From NCBI GenBank assembly GCA_964247055.1, contig OZ176051.1, positions 12,834,001 to 12,898,000 of the forward strand: a DNA stretch of 64,000 nt. The letters run 5' to 3'. The position numbers and the translations under genes were made by a program. The notes under the pieces are model-generated. The model had not been told where the DNA came from. It worked only from the letters and a program-made list of their open reading frames with translations, and did no database searches. Positions 26,440-39,233 of the stretch are shown in pieces. The first letter of the stretch is position 1. Every line of letters starts with the position of its first letter. Source of the DNA: Paragordius varius. Its lineage: Eukaryota; Animalia; Nematomorpha.

Positions 26440-27117
26440 ATGTACAAACATAGTCATATTCTTTTATTGCTTTGCATCGCCCTTTTTGCAAGTAAGTCAG
26501 TTATATAACTATATCATTTTATTTTTTTCTAATATTACTAATATGCCATTTTTGCCTTTTAATTTATTTATTAATCGATCATAAAGGTTTATCAATGGCA
26601 TGCAGATTTAACAATCAAAATATTAGGCTTGACAGATCCATCATTATAAAAACAAATCAATTAAACAGAGATGTTTTCGTGAATTGTCCTGATATGTCAA
26701 TAAGATTCAACATCCGACCTCAATTAGGAGGTAAACATCGCTTTCGCTAAAATGTAAAAATAAACAGAATATCGGATTATATTTATTAACTAAACTGATG
26801 TTTTTGATGCTTTAGTGATTGATCAAATAATCACAAACACACGCACAGATCGCATCTCAACTGAAATTCCTAGTTCGGGTGGCTCACCCGTCGTTATGTC
26901 TCCCCAAACTATTGTATATAGAGTAGCCCCTGCCTATGATGGCCCCATTACCGTAACGGTAAATTTTACCCTATATCTTTAATTGATATTTCGTTATTTC
27001 TGAAATAAAGATTTTACATTAAACTGATTTTACCATTTATACATTGTTTAATTTTTTGTATAGTATTCCAAATCTGGATTATTTATCCCTATTGTAGTTT
27101 CGTCAAGGAGGAATTGA
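26440..27117 (+). CDS. Orphan secreted protein, 130 aa, 4 exons (copy B)
   Basis: join(26440-26491,26587-26730,26816-26958,27064-27117), with the same GT-AG structure as copy A. Only two amino-acid differences seen (F7I in the signal peptide, K24R). Confidence 0.8.
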
Positions 27118-30100
27118 AGTTGCAAATGAAGATTTGTTATTATTTATGTAATAGTAAATTATAAATAAATTACTATTATATATTATATTAGTTTTTTTGA
27201 GCGAAACGATTTCAATCATTTTCTTAATAGATGCAATAAATTAAATTTTCCATTTTCCCACAAACTTCTAGGATGTATTGCCATCTTTTGCAAAAAAACC
27301 TTTAGTTATCATTATTATAATTGAAAATATTGTCTTTTAGTCTTGTTTTATTTAATATTGTAACTTACCATCTATGTATGAAGATGATGTGGCTCCTCAT
27401 CAGATAAAAATATAGGCTGCATCCAAAATTATTTAAACAAATATTTTTATTATAAATATATTTATAATAATTTTTTTCAAACCTATGAACCCCTTTAATT
27501 TTTTTCACATAATATACTACAAATAACTTTAGTAATGGGTCCTACTGGTAATAAGTTTTTATCCGGTCAGACCTGACCCTCATTACAAAAAACTAAAACT
27601 TAAAATTAACCGTTTAATTTTTATAATTGCCATAATCTATTAATTAGATATGCTGGATATTGGTTAAAAATTAGAGTTTTTAAATCACAAGTTTTTATGT
27701 CTTAAAAATGTATTTTTTTAATTTTCCAAATATGACACATTGATAACGATTGGACAGATTTATAAAATATTATACAAAAATACATATGTTCGAATTCTAA
27801 CCCTTATATTTTTATAAAAATAGTTAAAACTGTTCGGTACCTGGGAATTAAAATATATGTTATTTAAATTCTATAATTAAAAGTATCTGTACACATTATC
27901 GCTAAATTCAAACTTGTTATTACTCCACAATTACCGAAAGGGTTGATCATAATCTTACAAAAAACTAAGCGTTTACCAAAATTTATTTTAAAGACGTTTT
28001 AAAAATGGGATTTGAAACACATGTATAAAATTAGAATTTTGTTTTATTTTATGTATATAAATAAATAAATAAACAAAAATAATTGCAATTGATTTTTACA
28101 TACAATGACCTTCAATCAATTTCATTTGTAAACTGGACAGTTTATCTAACTAAAGACACTAAAACCTAGATTTTTTACCCATAAACTCAGAATTTTCATG
28201 ATGTTTTTGTTTCGGAGCCTAAATAGGGATATATATTATGATAATTCTCAATGGAAAACCGCAGTGTTTTTATATTATATAATACTAAACCATTCGTAAA
28301 GATTTGTTTTCTACGAATGTCGGATATTTTAAAGAACCGTTGTCGCTGCCGCTGTAGCTTTAAGTATTTAAATTTTATCCAAAAACAATTAAGAAAAATA
28401 ATCATAACCTATTTTATCATTGTTTTAAAGCATTTCATGGCTCCTTAAAGATGCTAACAGATAAAACACTTAAAAAATCCCACATATTTGGATGCAAAAT
28501 GGATTTAATCACTTCAATCTTTAGATAAATAGATTTGTATTCATTATATTTTAAAATAAAATCTCCTTTTCCGGCATATTGCAAAAATTTTAATTTCTAC
28601 GCAAATATTTATTTAAAAATATTTGTTTGGTATACTACCTAATATATAAAAAAATATCGTGTGATACAGGGTTGAAAACCTGTTAGAACAGCGGATTCGT
28701 CCGCGAAAAAATTGGAAATTTTCCAAAAATGTGCTTATAAAATCTTAGTAAAATAGATAATTTTAATTTTTCCAAATAAGTCAATTTAAATAGCAAGAAC
28801 GAGAAAAAATTGTTACATTCTGTTGTTATTTTGCCGACTTATGTTTGAAGTCTAACAAATTATTTATAAATGCCCATATATTACAAATGCGGCCCGCAAG
28901 CTATTTGTGTTGGAAACATTTCTGTGTTAGAAGGATCACAAAAAATACGCCTTCTCACGTAAAATAAAATAAATAAACAAGGTTTCGCTTTTCAATAATT
29001 TATAAAGGTAAAAAATTATCTAAAATCACTTTTTCTATTTATATCAATGTTAGATGTGATTGGAATAAACTTTGATTTTAGCGTTAGAATTGAAGATATT
29101 TTGCAGGGATTTGGTAAATGGCGTCTAAGTAGTTTGATAACATATTATATTATATTTTATTTAGATAATTTTGTTTATTTATATAATTTTCATTAGTAGC
29201 GAAGTATAAAATCAAATTGAAACCTTCTCGGTAGCTTTATCATAATTTCAAGGACAAGTAACCCCTATTTGAATCGAATGTTAAAGCATTTTCCTGTAGC
29301 CAAAAAATTTCCCATAATGTATTATAATTTTTTATCCGTTATTATTACCATTAAAGTATATTTTTATCGATTGGTAAGCCCTAAAACTAATAGCTTTTTG
29401 ATAATGATAAATTTCCTTTAAAATAAGTGTATATGTTTCTATATTGTTTAGTGTACTGAGCCTTATAATATATTTTAGGCTGCATAAAAAAATTTACTCA
29501 ACTTGGATCCAGAAAGTAGTGAAAATTTACACGGTGCCCAAAAAAATCCTGATTAAAGATATAGATTTTGTTAGGAAAAGGTATCAGAGTTATCACATTG
29601 CTTCTGGTTTTAACCTTGAAGTAATTCAAGTTATTTACACTTTTTAGATAACTGCATTATATTAAAAAATAGCAAATTTTGCGCACATTTTGTTATATAA
29701 AAATTTTTGGTGAAAGGTGAATGCTTGATTCCAAAAATATATCATAAACTAAATATAAAAAGCAAAACATTTTAGAAATCTTAATTTAAGATGTGGGCTC
29801 CAATTTTTTCGCCTAGCGAAAGTCAGCTAGTAATATTTAAATAAACGCAAAAATCCTAAGATTGCATTAAAAAGTCTCTAATATATGCTAAATTTTGACA
29901 TAATATTTCCGGTTGAGTGATAATAAGAACACACTGGTTTGGTAGAACTAAGGTTGGAACCCATCTGAAAGATCAGGATAGAACAAATTTTGGTACCATT
30001 AACTTATAAGTAAAGGCCGCCGGTCCCAAACCCGCTTATTATAGTTTTTTTAACAACAAACGCCGAATTCGGTTACAACAGTTGAGAATCTAGTTTTTTT

Positions 30101-30749
30101 GGACTGGTTCGAACAACACTCTGCTACCAATAAATTCTGTCACTAAGTTTGATAAATACACTATACTAGTAAAGCTAAAACAAGTTTGTTATAATTATTA
30201 TATTTTTGACTGAACGTAAGTTCATTATTTTTGAGACATGTTGGCATGCGACGGTCTCCTTAATAGCAACCCTAAAAAGGATGAGCGAAATCATTTAATA
30301 TTATTATAAATTGTTACATCTATAAAAATATTTGATTTAAGTCATATTAGCATTTTGGTACGGTAAATTAGTAGCATACCTAAAATTTATAAAAAACCAA
30401 TTTTATTATAAAAACACTCGTACATAAATCGTTGTCGCTAATTTTTTTAACACAATATATCACCTTGTTATCTGAGTTTTTCTCATATTTTCATAATGTA
30501 CATTTATAATGAAACATATTAATATAGATAGATATATGAATTCAACAAACTAAGCTTTACTAATTCTCAAATGTGATAATGCCTTATATTTTAGAAATTA
30601 TCGATAATTCCCTGTTTTTGCGTTCATTTTATGGTCTTAAACCTATCTATTGCACATTTAATAATCAAGACTTGAAACAAATATACCAGTTTTATTTAAG
30701 AAATTCAATTAATTGGTGTTTATTACTAATAAAATGTTTTTAATACCAA

Positions 30750-31760
30750 ATTTTCACAAACTCCGACGCTAGTAACAAGATTTTTAACAGTTCAGGGCGA
30801 TTAAAATAGTTCCTAACTCCTCTCCTTTGTGTATGATTAATTTCGTTTTTTTCAAATCTTGTTTGTTTAGAGTTGTATTAAATTCTAGCATAATTATATA
30901 TAAAGCCTTATTAAAATGGTTAAATATTTAAAAATCTAACTTTTGATAACAATAGATAGACAATATCTTCGATTTCATCCCAAAACGCAGGTAATTTGAA
31001 TTTTAAATTCTTTAGCGCCTACACCAGGGGTGTTCAAAACAAATGACTTTGCGAGCCGCATTTGTGGATCGAAAAGTCCGACGGGCCGAGTTCTTAAATT
31101 ATATGCGAATCAACAATTATTTTATTAGTTTCAAACACATTAGACTGTAAAAACTACCATATATTTATCAATTTTTCTAGTTCATTGGCAATTGGAAAGA
31201 CTTATCTAAAAATATAATTAATAATAAAAGATTATTTGATAGGAAAGGTGCTATTAGATAAACGCATAGATTAGATATTTTGGATTGAATGTTTCAAGTT
31301 TAAAACGCTTTTTTGGAGTCGTTCGCCTTCTTATCAAATAAAGTTGCTTTTATAAAAACGTTGATTAAATTTCATGTTTTAAAGTTACCCATAAACTTAA
31401 TTGTATTTTCACATGAATTGGATAATAGCCAATGACAAAATATTTGGTTTTCATCATATTGCATCACGTAAATAACTTTATACCAAAGACATAACCGAGC
31501 TAAACCAAAAACATTAAGTATTTATAAAAAATAAAAAAAAGAGCTAGCAATTACCCTAAAATACCCAATTTTTCGCCATTAACATAATTGCAAAATTATA
31601 TATTGTAATGTAATATTATTATCAAAGTACGATATGATGTATAACAACACACACTTTAGCAAATAGATGAAAGAGTTTTTGGAGTAACCAACATTGTTAA
31701 GGTTTGTGAGTAAAACCACCAGGGGCAGAAATTAACCTATATAGAAGGAGAGATGAATTA
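30750..31760. repeat. Dispersed repeat homologous to ~16700-18200, containing a hAT MITE end at 31025
   Basis: Shared blocks listed for 16700-18200; CAGGGGTGTTCAAAAC...GAGCCGC...GGGCCG begins at 31025. Confidence 0.5.
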
Positions 31761-33149
31761 GCTAAGCAAAAATAACTATATATATATATATATATGTTTG
31801 AGCGAGGGTATGAATAGAAAGTTTACCATTCCTAATCAAATAACATGTTGTGCGTAATTAATTATCAAAAACAATTAAACCAGATTTAAATTTTAAGCTT
31901 GTATAAATCTTTGTTCTAGACGAATAAATGTGTGGAACCCCTTTTAATTCGCCCAAAGGACCGATAACTTTCATCAAGTGAAACCATTTAATTTATTAAT
32001 CATTTGATTAAAATAATTACCATTAATTGTGTTACTGCAAATATTTCAAATACTTTTCAACTTGGGATTAAAATATGACTAGTGCAAACTTTTTGAAGTT
32101 CTTATTTATTTTGTTAACTAATTTTTAATATAATTAACTAGTTGTTGATATTATATTTAAAATTTAGGCCTAAAATTTTTTTCAACTATAATTTTATATT
32201 GTAATAATATCTAATTCGTATCTAAATAAATCCGTTGTATATACTTTTAAACAGCTAAATTATAGCTTAGTCTTAACAGTGTTTTAGGCTGAAAGGAGAA
32301 AATATTAAGTCATAACCTATTTTGAAATCGCATTTGGATAAATTAAATTTATGACTTTTTGGGCAGTTTTAAAATTTTCAAAAAGTTTTTGTTTAATAGA
32401 ACAATTAGCCCTTTTCTTAAGAATTTCAAAGTTTTAAAAATTCTGCCCTATATAGATAAACCAAGTATTTTATGATATTAGGCAAACAAATAATATCCCA
32501 AATCGTATTGAAAATTTTCATGAGATATTAAGTATATATATATATGACTTACAAAATTTACTAAAAGTTGTGTGAGCCTTGCGTTTTTATTTGTGATACT
32601 TAATTATAAAATACACATTATGAATGGTATTGATGGGAAGACAAAACAAATTGATTATAACATTTCCCTTAGAAAATAGTCTTAATGGATAAACATTATT
32701 CCCATAAAGTGATATACATATTGTGTAATCCAACAGCTATTGATCTCAGAAAAGATTTATCAATTCTTATATATGTTCTATATAAGCGGTTTTTTACACG
32801 AATGGCTTCACGGGCTGCATTTTTAACTCAAAAAATCGGGCCACATTCAAAATTACAATATATATTTGATTATTTTCAAACATAAGACTGTAAAATGCAA
32901 ACACAATATCATTTTTTTGTACGTCGCCAATTGAATAGACTTATGCAAGAATTTTTTGAGAAATATCAATTTTACTTTTTGCGAGCATTTTATTTCAGGC
33001 AGGCCGCACTTAATGTCTCGGTAAGCCGCATGTCGAACCCCGTGCTAGATATTAGTTCGACTAATATACGGTTCTTGAGTAGTAACATCTTTAAAAAATC
33101 ATAAAGCCTGAACTTATTTCATATGTTCGGATCTATTTAAAGCGTTTTT

Positions 33150-35965
33150 ATATATAAAGATTGTGTCATGATCGGGATAATGGCCTATGTATTTACCCTT
33201 GACTGGGGTCATACAGCAGCAGTGCAATGTATTCAGGTATCAAAATTTATTAAAATACAGTTTATATCCCATTTGCACCTACTTCATGAGCATTCTTTAA
33301 AACAGTTCAAGTTTATCCGTGAACAAAACTTTGCTGAACACTCATAAACATTAAAATACATATATACTTATCTTAACGATAATTTTAATTTGATAAATAT
33401 ATTTAATCATCCCTATGAATTGGGTTTTTTTATCAATCGGAAATTTGTAACAATACTGAAAACAACTATCATGAATAATATATAATATATTATTATTGGA
33501 GATATTTTAACATCAACATTAAAATTCTATGTTAATTGTGTAATAGAAGCAAATTTAATAATGCATCTATTATAATTGGTGCCTTATTTTAGAGAATGTT
33601 GGCTATAAATAAATTTTGATGGGTTCACGCCCTTTCAAGAACATTGGCCAACAAACACCATTTTCATCGCCTGGGAATCCCCCTAGGGCAAGTTTAACGC
33701 TCATATATTTACATTAAGACAAATGGTGGGCAACTATGCTCTCTTTTGAAAATTGGTTGGAATAATAAAATTTTGAGGTTTTTTTCATAAATCTAATTTT
33801 ACGTGTTTAGCGGCTTCAAGGTCTCAATTAAGAAAAGGGATTAAACTGGGCGTTTTCATGCATGATTCAAAAATTTCATCGTTTTTAAAAGACCTACACG
33901 TTTTATAGAAAATTTCTCCAAATAAATTTTACTAAATATTATAAAATATACTATCAAAACGATGTTGCTTTTTATGGTAATTATAAAGGATTCCCAAAAT
34001 TTTAAACAATAAGAATTGTAAGGCTCTTTGCTGCTAAATATACGCAAAAAACCGCAATCGCGCAACGAAAAATAATATGTTTGAAGGGACAAAATAATAA
34101 ACAACACAATTTAATTAAAATCAATCCCGATATGTCATTGATTGGAATGTTCATCTGCACCAAACAATCCTACTCTTGCCACATTATGAGATCTAACTCA
34201 TTGGAAAGTACTTAATGTTGGGAAAGGTTAGTGGTACACCCAGAAAGGGCGGAAAAAGAATAAGGTTGATAGGCATTACTTGTACTAATCCAATATTAAA
34301 ACTAAACGCAATCTATAGAGGAATTTTAGCATTATTGCAAAAAGTCGACCTCGACACAATACTAATTCGCAATAAAAATTGGTTTAAAAAAATACGTAAA
34401 ATCACATAAATAAAAATTTGGTAAAGAGTTATTTTATTGCACATTGTACAGAATGTTAGTTATATAAATCTTTTCCAACACAATTTGATGGAGAAAGTCA
34501 TATCGATCAAAGTATCTAAAACTTAAGTTTTTATTAATCTAAGAAGAAGCATTTTCAATAAAACATAAAGCTACCTGTCTTCAGTCAAATCCATTTACCT
34601 TTATTCCGCTCTCAGGAACTTTTCTATACGTTTGTTGAGTATATGGGTCGCTAGGATATTCCCCTTTATGGCGCAAAAATCCCCGGACAAACATATAGCT
34701 CCACCAAACATGTGGTCGGCATTTACCTCTAACCAATGCTTTTGTATGTATTCAAAGCGTGGCCCAAAAACTGTTTCCGCGGCCATTAACCTATAAAAAA
34801 ATAGAATTTTTTTACCCTCCCAAACATACCGCCGGGTTTTTGATTGCTAATCAAAAAATTAACTAGGGCATTAAGAGTTTCTAAAGGGAAACATATATCA
34901 CCATCTATCATTACCATGACACATTTAATAATGTCGAATTTGACTATTAAAGCCTTGTCATTGGAATTTTTCCCCAAATAATCCAAAATGTATATATAAA
35001 ATCTAATAAAAAAGGGATCATTGGGGTTGGGTGTCACATCGGTCATATAATAAACGGTCTGATTGGCTATAAATATACTTATTGGAGGTGATAACTAGTC
35101 AAACAAATATTAAATATAAGTTGATGAACCAAAAAACCGTTCAACTTTTTTCAATAATCCATAATCATAAATGGATATTTTATAAAATATTAAAATCTTA
35201 CAATATTTTTACTTGAAATATAATGAAGAGGTCTATTGTTTTCTATATTGATTCACGAATGCGTCTTATTAGGGGGCTTATTGTATTGTTTTACATTTGA
35301 TAAAGAGTTAATAATTGAAAACTAAATTATATTGAGTAAATTACGCATTGGCGCTTTATTCTACATAAAATATGAGTGAACATTTAAATTTATATTTATA
35401 ATCGGGATTTAAACAAATATAAATTTTCAATTTATTTAATGCGCGTTTCTTTATCAATTAATTCAAAGATAAAATCATGATTTTATAAATGAGAATTTAA
35501 AAAAATGGTAAATACAACCCTGCTTACCGTTCGTCACTTAAATAGGCTTAATTTTCTGTTTATTCTACAATAGGGGTTATGATTTCCAAATAATAAAATT
35601 TAAAATATAAAAGTAAAATATAGGTAAAAACTTCATTGCAAAAACAGTTGTTAAGGAATGGAAATGATTGAACCATTTATATATAAATTTCACAATGACA
35701 TTTATACATAACCGTATATGGCTTGTAATTCGAAAAAAATTTTTATATTTACAGTACCTGACTCTATCTTTTCCAAACTTTTATGTAAGATTTATTTTTA
35801 AGATGCAAAACCAATCGGGCTTTAGATGGTGAATCCCAGATTAATCGACCTCCTTTAGATGTTTGACATCATTTAAAAGTTTTTCAGTATGTTTAGTTGG
35901 TAATATATGATAACATAACAATTTTGTACACAATCTATAAACGTTTCCGCATATTCGCTGATAAT
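33150..35965 (-). pseudogene. CHS: Chitin synthase (GT2, metazoan Chitin_synth_2 type) pseudogene, copy 1
   Basis: Exon 35965-35758 gives KGGRLIWDSPSKARLVLHLKNKSYIKVWKR*SQ (consensus PYGGRL.W.LP....HLKDK..IR..KRWSQ). Exon 35002-34816 gives CVMVMIDGDICFPLETLNALVNFLISNQKPGGMFGR. After a 25-nt intron: VNGRGNSFW..RFEYIQKHWLEVNADHMFGGAICLSGDFCAIKG...MDLTEDR (consensus YQ.FEYA.GHWLQKATEHM.GCVLCSPGCFS.FRG...QYDQGEDR). The downstream TM-region match FIITIKSNIVLIV (33856-34107) is weaker, so the lower boundary is uncertain. Multiple stops and frameshifts, an RTE insertion, and no recognisable QRRRW. Confidence 0.8.
34115..34360 (+). mobile_element. RTE LINE 3' fragment inserted in the chitin synthase pseudogene
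   Basis: Homologous to 12470-12725 (AAAATCAATCCCGA.ATGTCATTG.TTGGAATGT.CATC.GCACCAAAC.ATCCTACT.TGCCACATTATGAG; TATTGCAAAAAGTCGACCTCGAC); MLGKVSG..RKGG motif. Confidence 0.8.
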
Positions 35966-35989
35966 CTAAAATGTATATGCAAAATTAGT

Positions 35990-36790
35990 TAAATAAAGGC
36001 TCCGTGTGTGCACCGGATGCGCATATCCATCGAGGAGATTTAAAGGTGCATTTCACTCATTCTGTGTGATTCGGATTCAGTATGTAGCAAAACCCTATAT
36101 CTTCTCATTCAGGTCGTTTTTAATTAATGCATTTAAATACACCACTTGTTGTTGAAAGCGCTGTGCATTAACAATTTTACCCGGGTTTCAAGACTTCATA
36201 ATACACAATACCGCTCTGATCCTACCAGAAACACAGCATTGTCTTTTTGCAAAAGCAAGTGGCTTTGTTCATGACCGTCTTCTTGGCAAGGTGAAAGCCA
36301 CAATTTTTTCGCATTTGCAAAATTAACCCATTTTCATAACCCATCACATTTTGAGGCAAACTGATTTTCTTTCGTTACAATGATGAATTTCCTTTCGTGA
36401 TAATGATGGATTTCACCAGCCACTATGAGATTACGATTTGATGTTAATTGAAATTGTGTGGGACCCATTTTCCGAGTTTGGCCTTACCCTTTCGCACACT
36501 ATGTGATTCATGTAACGTGTTTATTCGCCGTTATTGCGATGTATCATTAATTAATAACTATTGCTCTTTATCGTTTGCAAGTATGTGGTCTGCGAGAGCG
36601 CTCAACTTTAACATTGAAATTAGATTGATAAGTTTCGTGGTATTATATTTTATTATTGGCTGGATTTTTAATACAGGTTTGTATATTATCTGCCAAAACG
36701 GTATTAATAGTCGGTTAGAAAGTCATTATCAAGTAAAATATTTTAGAATGTCCTTATTAACTGATCATTTTTAATGTAATTTAGTAGGAT
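35990..36790 (-). mobile_element. Mariner transposase remnant
   Basis: Minus strand, in order: NFNVKVERSRRP (HTH linker, cf. GDF.LEDE.RSGRP), KLGKWVPHN (WVPHEL motif), KKLWLSPCQ and KIVNAQRFQQQV..L...KKRPE. Many frameshifts. Confidence 0.75.
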
Positions 36791-37896
36791 TTATAACAAA
36801 CACATATTTAAAAATTTTATTTAAATATTTAAATATCAACATTTCTCAATTTTTGATATTTTATTATGGTTTCCTGATAGAGTTTACGGTAAAATTCCGT
36901 TCAGATGCTTGCGCGATTTAACACTTGGATTCAAAATGGGGTATCTTAACCCACCAGACTATATTAAATTATTTTATAAAACTATTCAAAAAATGGTCCC
37001 AATTTAAATTTATGCTTCCCTAAAATAAATTATATTTATAAGCCAAATTATTAAAATGAAATTTAATTTTGGAAAAAAATTTATATATAAAACTATTGAA
37101 CGCCATTTATATTTTACAACATTTTTGCAAGCCGTGTTTATTAAATTTTAAAGCTAAAATTAAAGCTTCCTTATTTAAGTCACATCTAACATCAATGGAA
37201 AAAGAAAAAGTGGTTTATTTTGTATTATTAAAATTTAGCTAATGCACACATGTCATGTTGATTAAATTTTTACCTTTTGGTTTTACCTTAAGATAAGTAT
37301 CAAGTATTTGGTATTTTTTTCGGTTTATTAATGTTATATAAGTGCAAACTTTTGCCATGGTTTTAATTCCCCATTTTTTAAGTATTTAATTTGAACAGGC
37401 CTGGAATATCCAACTACCCCAATTTGAATTGAAGGACGGAATGAATGTGTTGTTGTTAAGTGTAAACCTAATTTTAACTGTTCATGCAATTAGTCCATTA
37501 GTTTTAATGTTACCCATTTAATTAATTTACATTATTATAATATAATTCAACCCAATTTTAGCCAGATAACTAAACAAAAACTATTTCATTATTTAATTTT
37601 TTTTAATTTTATTTTATAATAACAATAGATTGCCGATTAATTAAGGGAAATTCTATATTTTATTGTTTATATTATTATAAGCCTAATCCAAAACTTCAAA
37701 ACTTGAATATAGAACGAGATGGGTATTAAAATTTTGTAACCGAACAAATTGGTTCAAACCCAACGAAACATGTAAGTTCGATGCTATTTAAATAAATTTT
37801 CTAATCGAAAAACTTTCCAAACAATTGGTAAATGAAATAGCCTAGTACTAATTAATGCTAAAATAAATTAGGGATTGTATTCACAAAGGCTTACAG

Positions 37897-38093
37897 CAGT
37901 GGTACTCTACAACAAAATAGAGAGGGACGAAAAAAAATATATTGTCGAAATGGTTAACCACACACCATGTAATACCGATAAAATTTCATAGCTCTTTGAC
38001 ACATTTGCAGATATTTATACTTAAAACAAAGATATAAAAATATAATAAATTATTTGAGGGAAAACTCTTAGGGTCACGGTTGAAGTACCACTG
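37897..38093. mobile_element. hAT (Charlie-like) MITE, CAGTGGTACT termini
   Basis: CAGTGGTACT at 37897 and AGTACCACTG ending at 38093 form a perfect 10-bp TIR, same terminus type as 48452-50181. No TSD. Confidence 0.6.
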
Positions 38094-38580
38094 ATAAAAT
38101 GATTTCAATAATCCAAACCTAATATAAAAAAATCATATTTACAAAAGGGCTTTTACGTACGGCAGAACCGTGAAAATAAAACCGATAATACTCTCGCTTT
38201 AATAAATTTTTCAGCTCAAAAAAAAGAAATAGATATAAAATTTGAGGGCAAATCTAGACAACACAATATATTTTAAAGGTTAAATATTTTATTGAGTTTG
38301 TTATTAAATTATTTTTGGAATATAAAAATTTTGAATTTATTTTATATTATCCGAAAACTTTTGCGGGCCACAAATTGTTGCAGAGACCGCGTGACAGTGC
38401 TGGTAGATAAATGGACAATATAAATCGAGATAATAGTGTGTTTGACATGAAGCGTTACTTACTAAACGTTTTTCTTATTCAAAGTTGTGGGCCTAAATAA
38501 GAATTAATTGCTTAAAATGTTTATTATTTATTTGTGAGATATAGTTAATTTTTGTAAATCATCACAAAACGATATAAGTA

Positions 38581-38925
38581 TCAGATGTTTTCTCTTATGA
38601 ATAGTTTCAATTGATTATTAACAAGAGCGATTTGATCACCAGCCGAAAGAAGCAACTTTATACAAGAATTCGCTCTACATTTGATTGTATACGGAGACCG
38701 GTATTTAGCATACACAGTTATACTTGTGGAATATTGGTTTGGTAACAGGTGAGGCTTGATTTGGTCCCAGGTGCTTGCCTTATTATTCCATCTGATATCT
38801 AATATATCGATAAAGGGAAATATATTACACATTAGTAAAAAACGCATATCATTGACGTAATAGGTTTGTTTATATATTACAGGCAAAATTTTATGCGAAA
38901 TAATACTCGTATTCATCAATGACTA
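38581..38925 (-). CDS. Possible additional exon(s) of the upstream secreted-protein gene, or a separate small gene
   Basis: 112-aa open frame with protein-like composition (RWNNKASTWDQIKPHLLPNQYSTSITVYAKYRSPYTIKC), preceded by a tttttag acceptor. I could not build a phase-consistent join to the gene at 39234-41067. Confidence 0.35.
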
Positions 38926-39233
38926 AAAATCAAATAAAACTCATTTACGATAATGTGAGTGTATGCATGGCGCTATTTATTTTCACTAATATTGTTCTTT
39001 GTTAAATTTTAAGTTTACGCCAGTGAGTATTAACTACTGTCCTAACTACATTTTCCGAAAATAAAATACATGCTAAGAATTATTAATCTATATAATTTTT
39101 TATCTAAATAATAAATAATTTAACAATATAATAAAACTTTGTGTGACATACACGTATATTTATTCCCTATAGTGAACATCAAGTAAAAATACAATTCCAT
39201 TTTTTAAAATATTAAAGGGGGTTGAAATCATTG

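Larger units (their letters stand above)
25720..29130 (+). repeat. Segmental duplication unit 2 (paralog ~20460-23760)
   Basis: Collinear with unit 1; see 20460-23760. Confidence 0.9.

Noticed and set aside
29930-29960. RWVPT on the minus strand resembling CHS QRRRWVPS
   Set aside because: There is no QRR before it and the neighbouring LGP-like motif is in the wrong order; treated as chance.
32685-33104. Two adjacent plus-strand ORFs (66 and 69 aa)
   Set aside because: No recognisable motif or signal. They lie antisense to the probable decayed 3' part of CHS copy 1 and may be shadows.
34601-35046. Two ORFs overlapping at TAATG (stop/start coupling), suggesting prokaryote- or virus-like translational coupling
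   Set aside because: Comparison with copy 2 shows the overlap is an artefact of a micro-intron plus an 8-nt deletion. The MTDVTPNPND start lies upstream of a splice acceptor (intronic), and both ORFs are pieces of one chitin synthase pseudogene.
33600-35800. Repeated TAG codons at positions where Trp is expected, hinting at stop-codon reassignment
   Set aside because: Copy 2 has TGG at KRWS where copy 1 has TAG, frameshifts accompany the stops, and TGG is used normally elsewhere. G-to-A decay in an AT-biased genome explains it.
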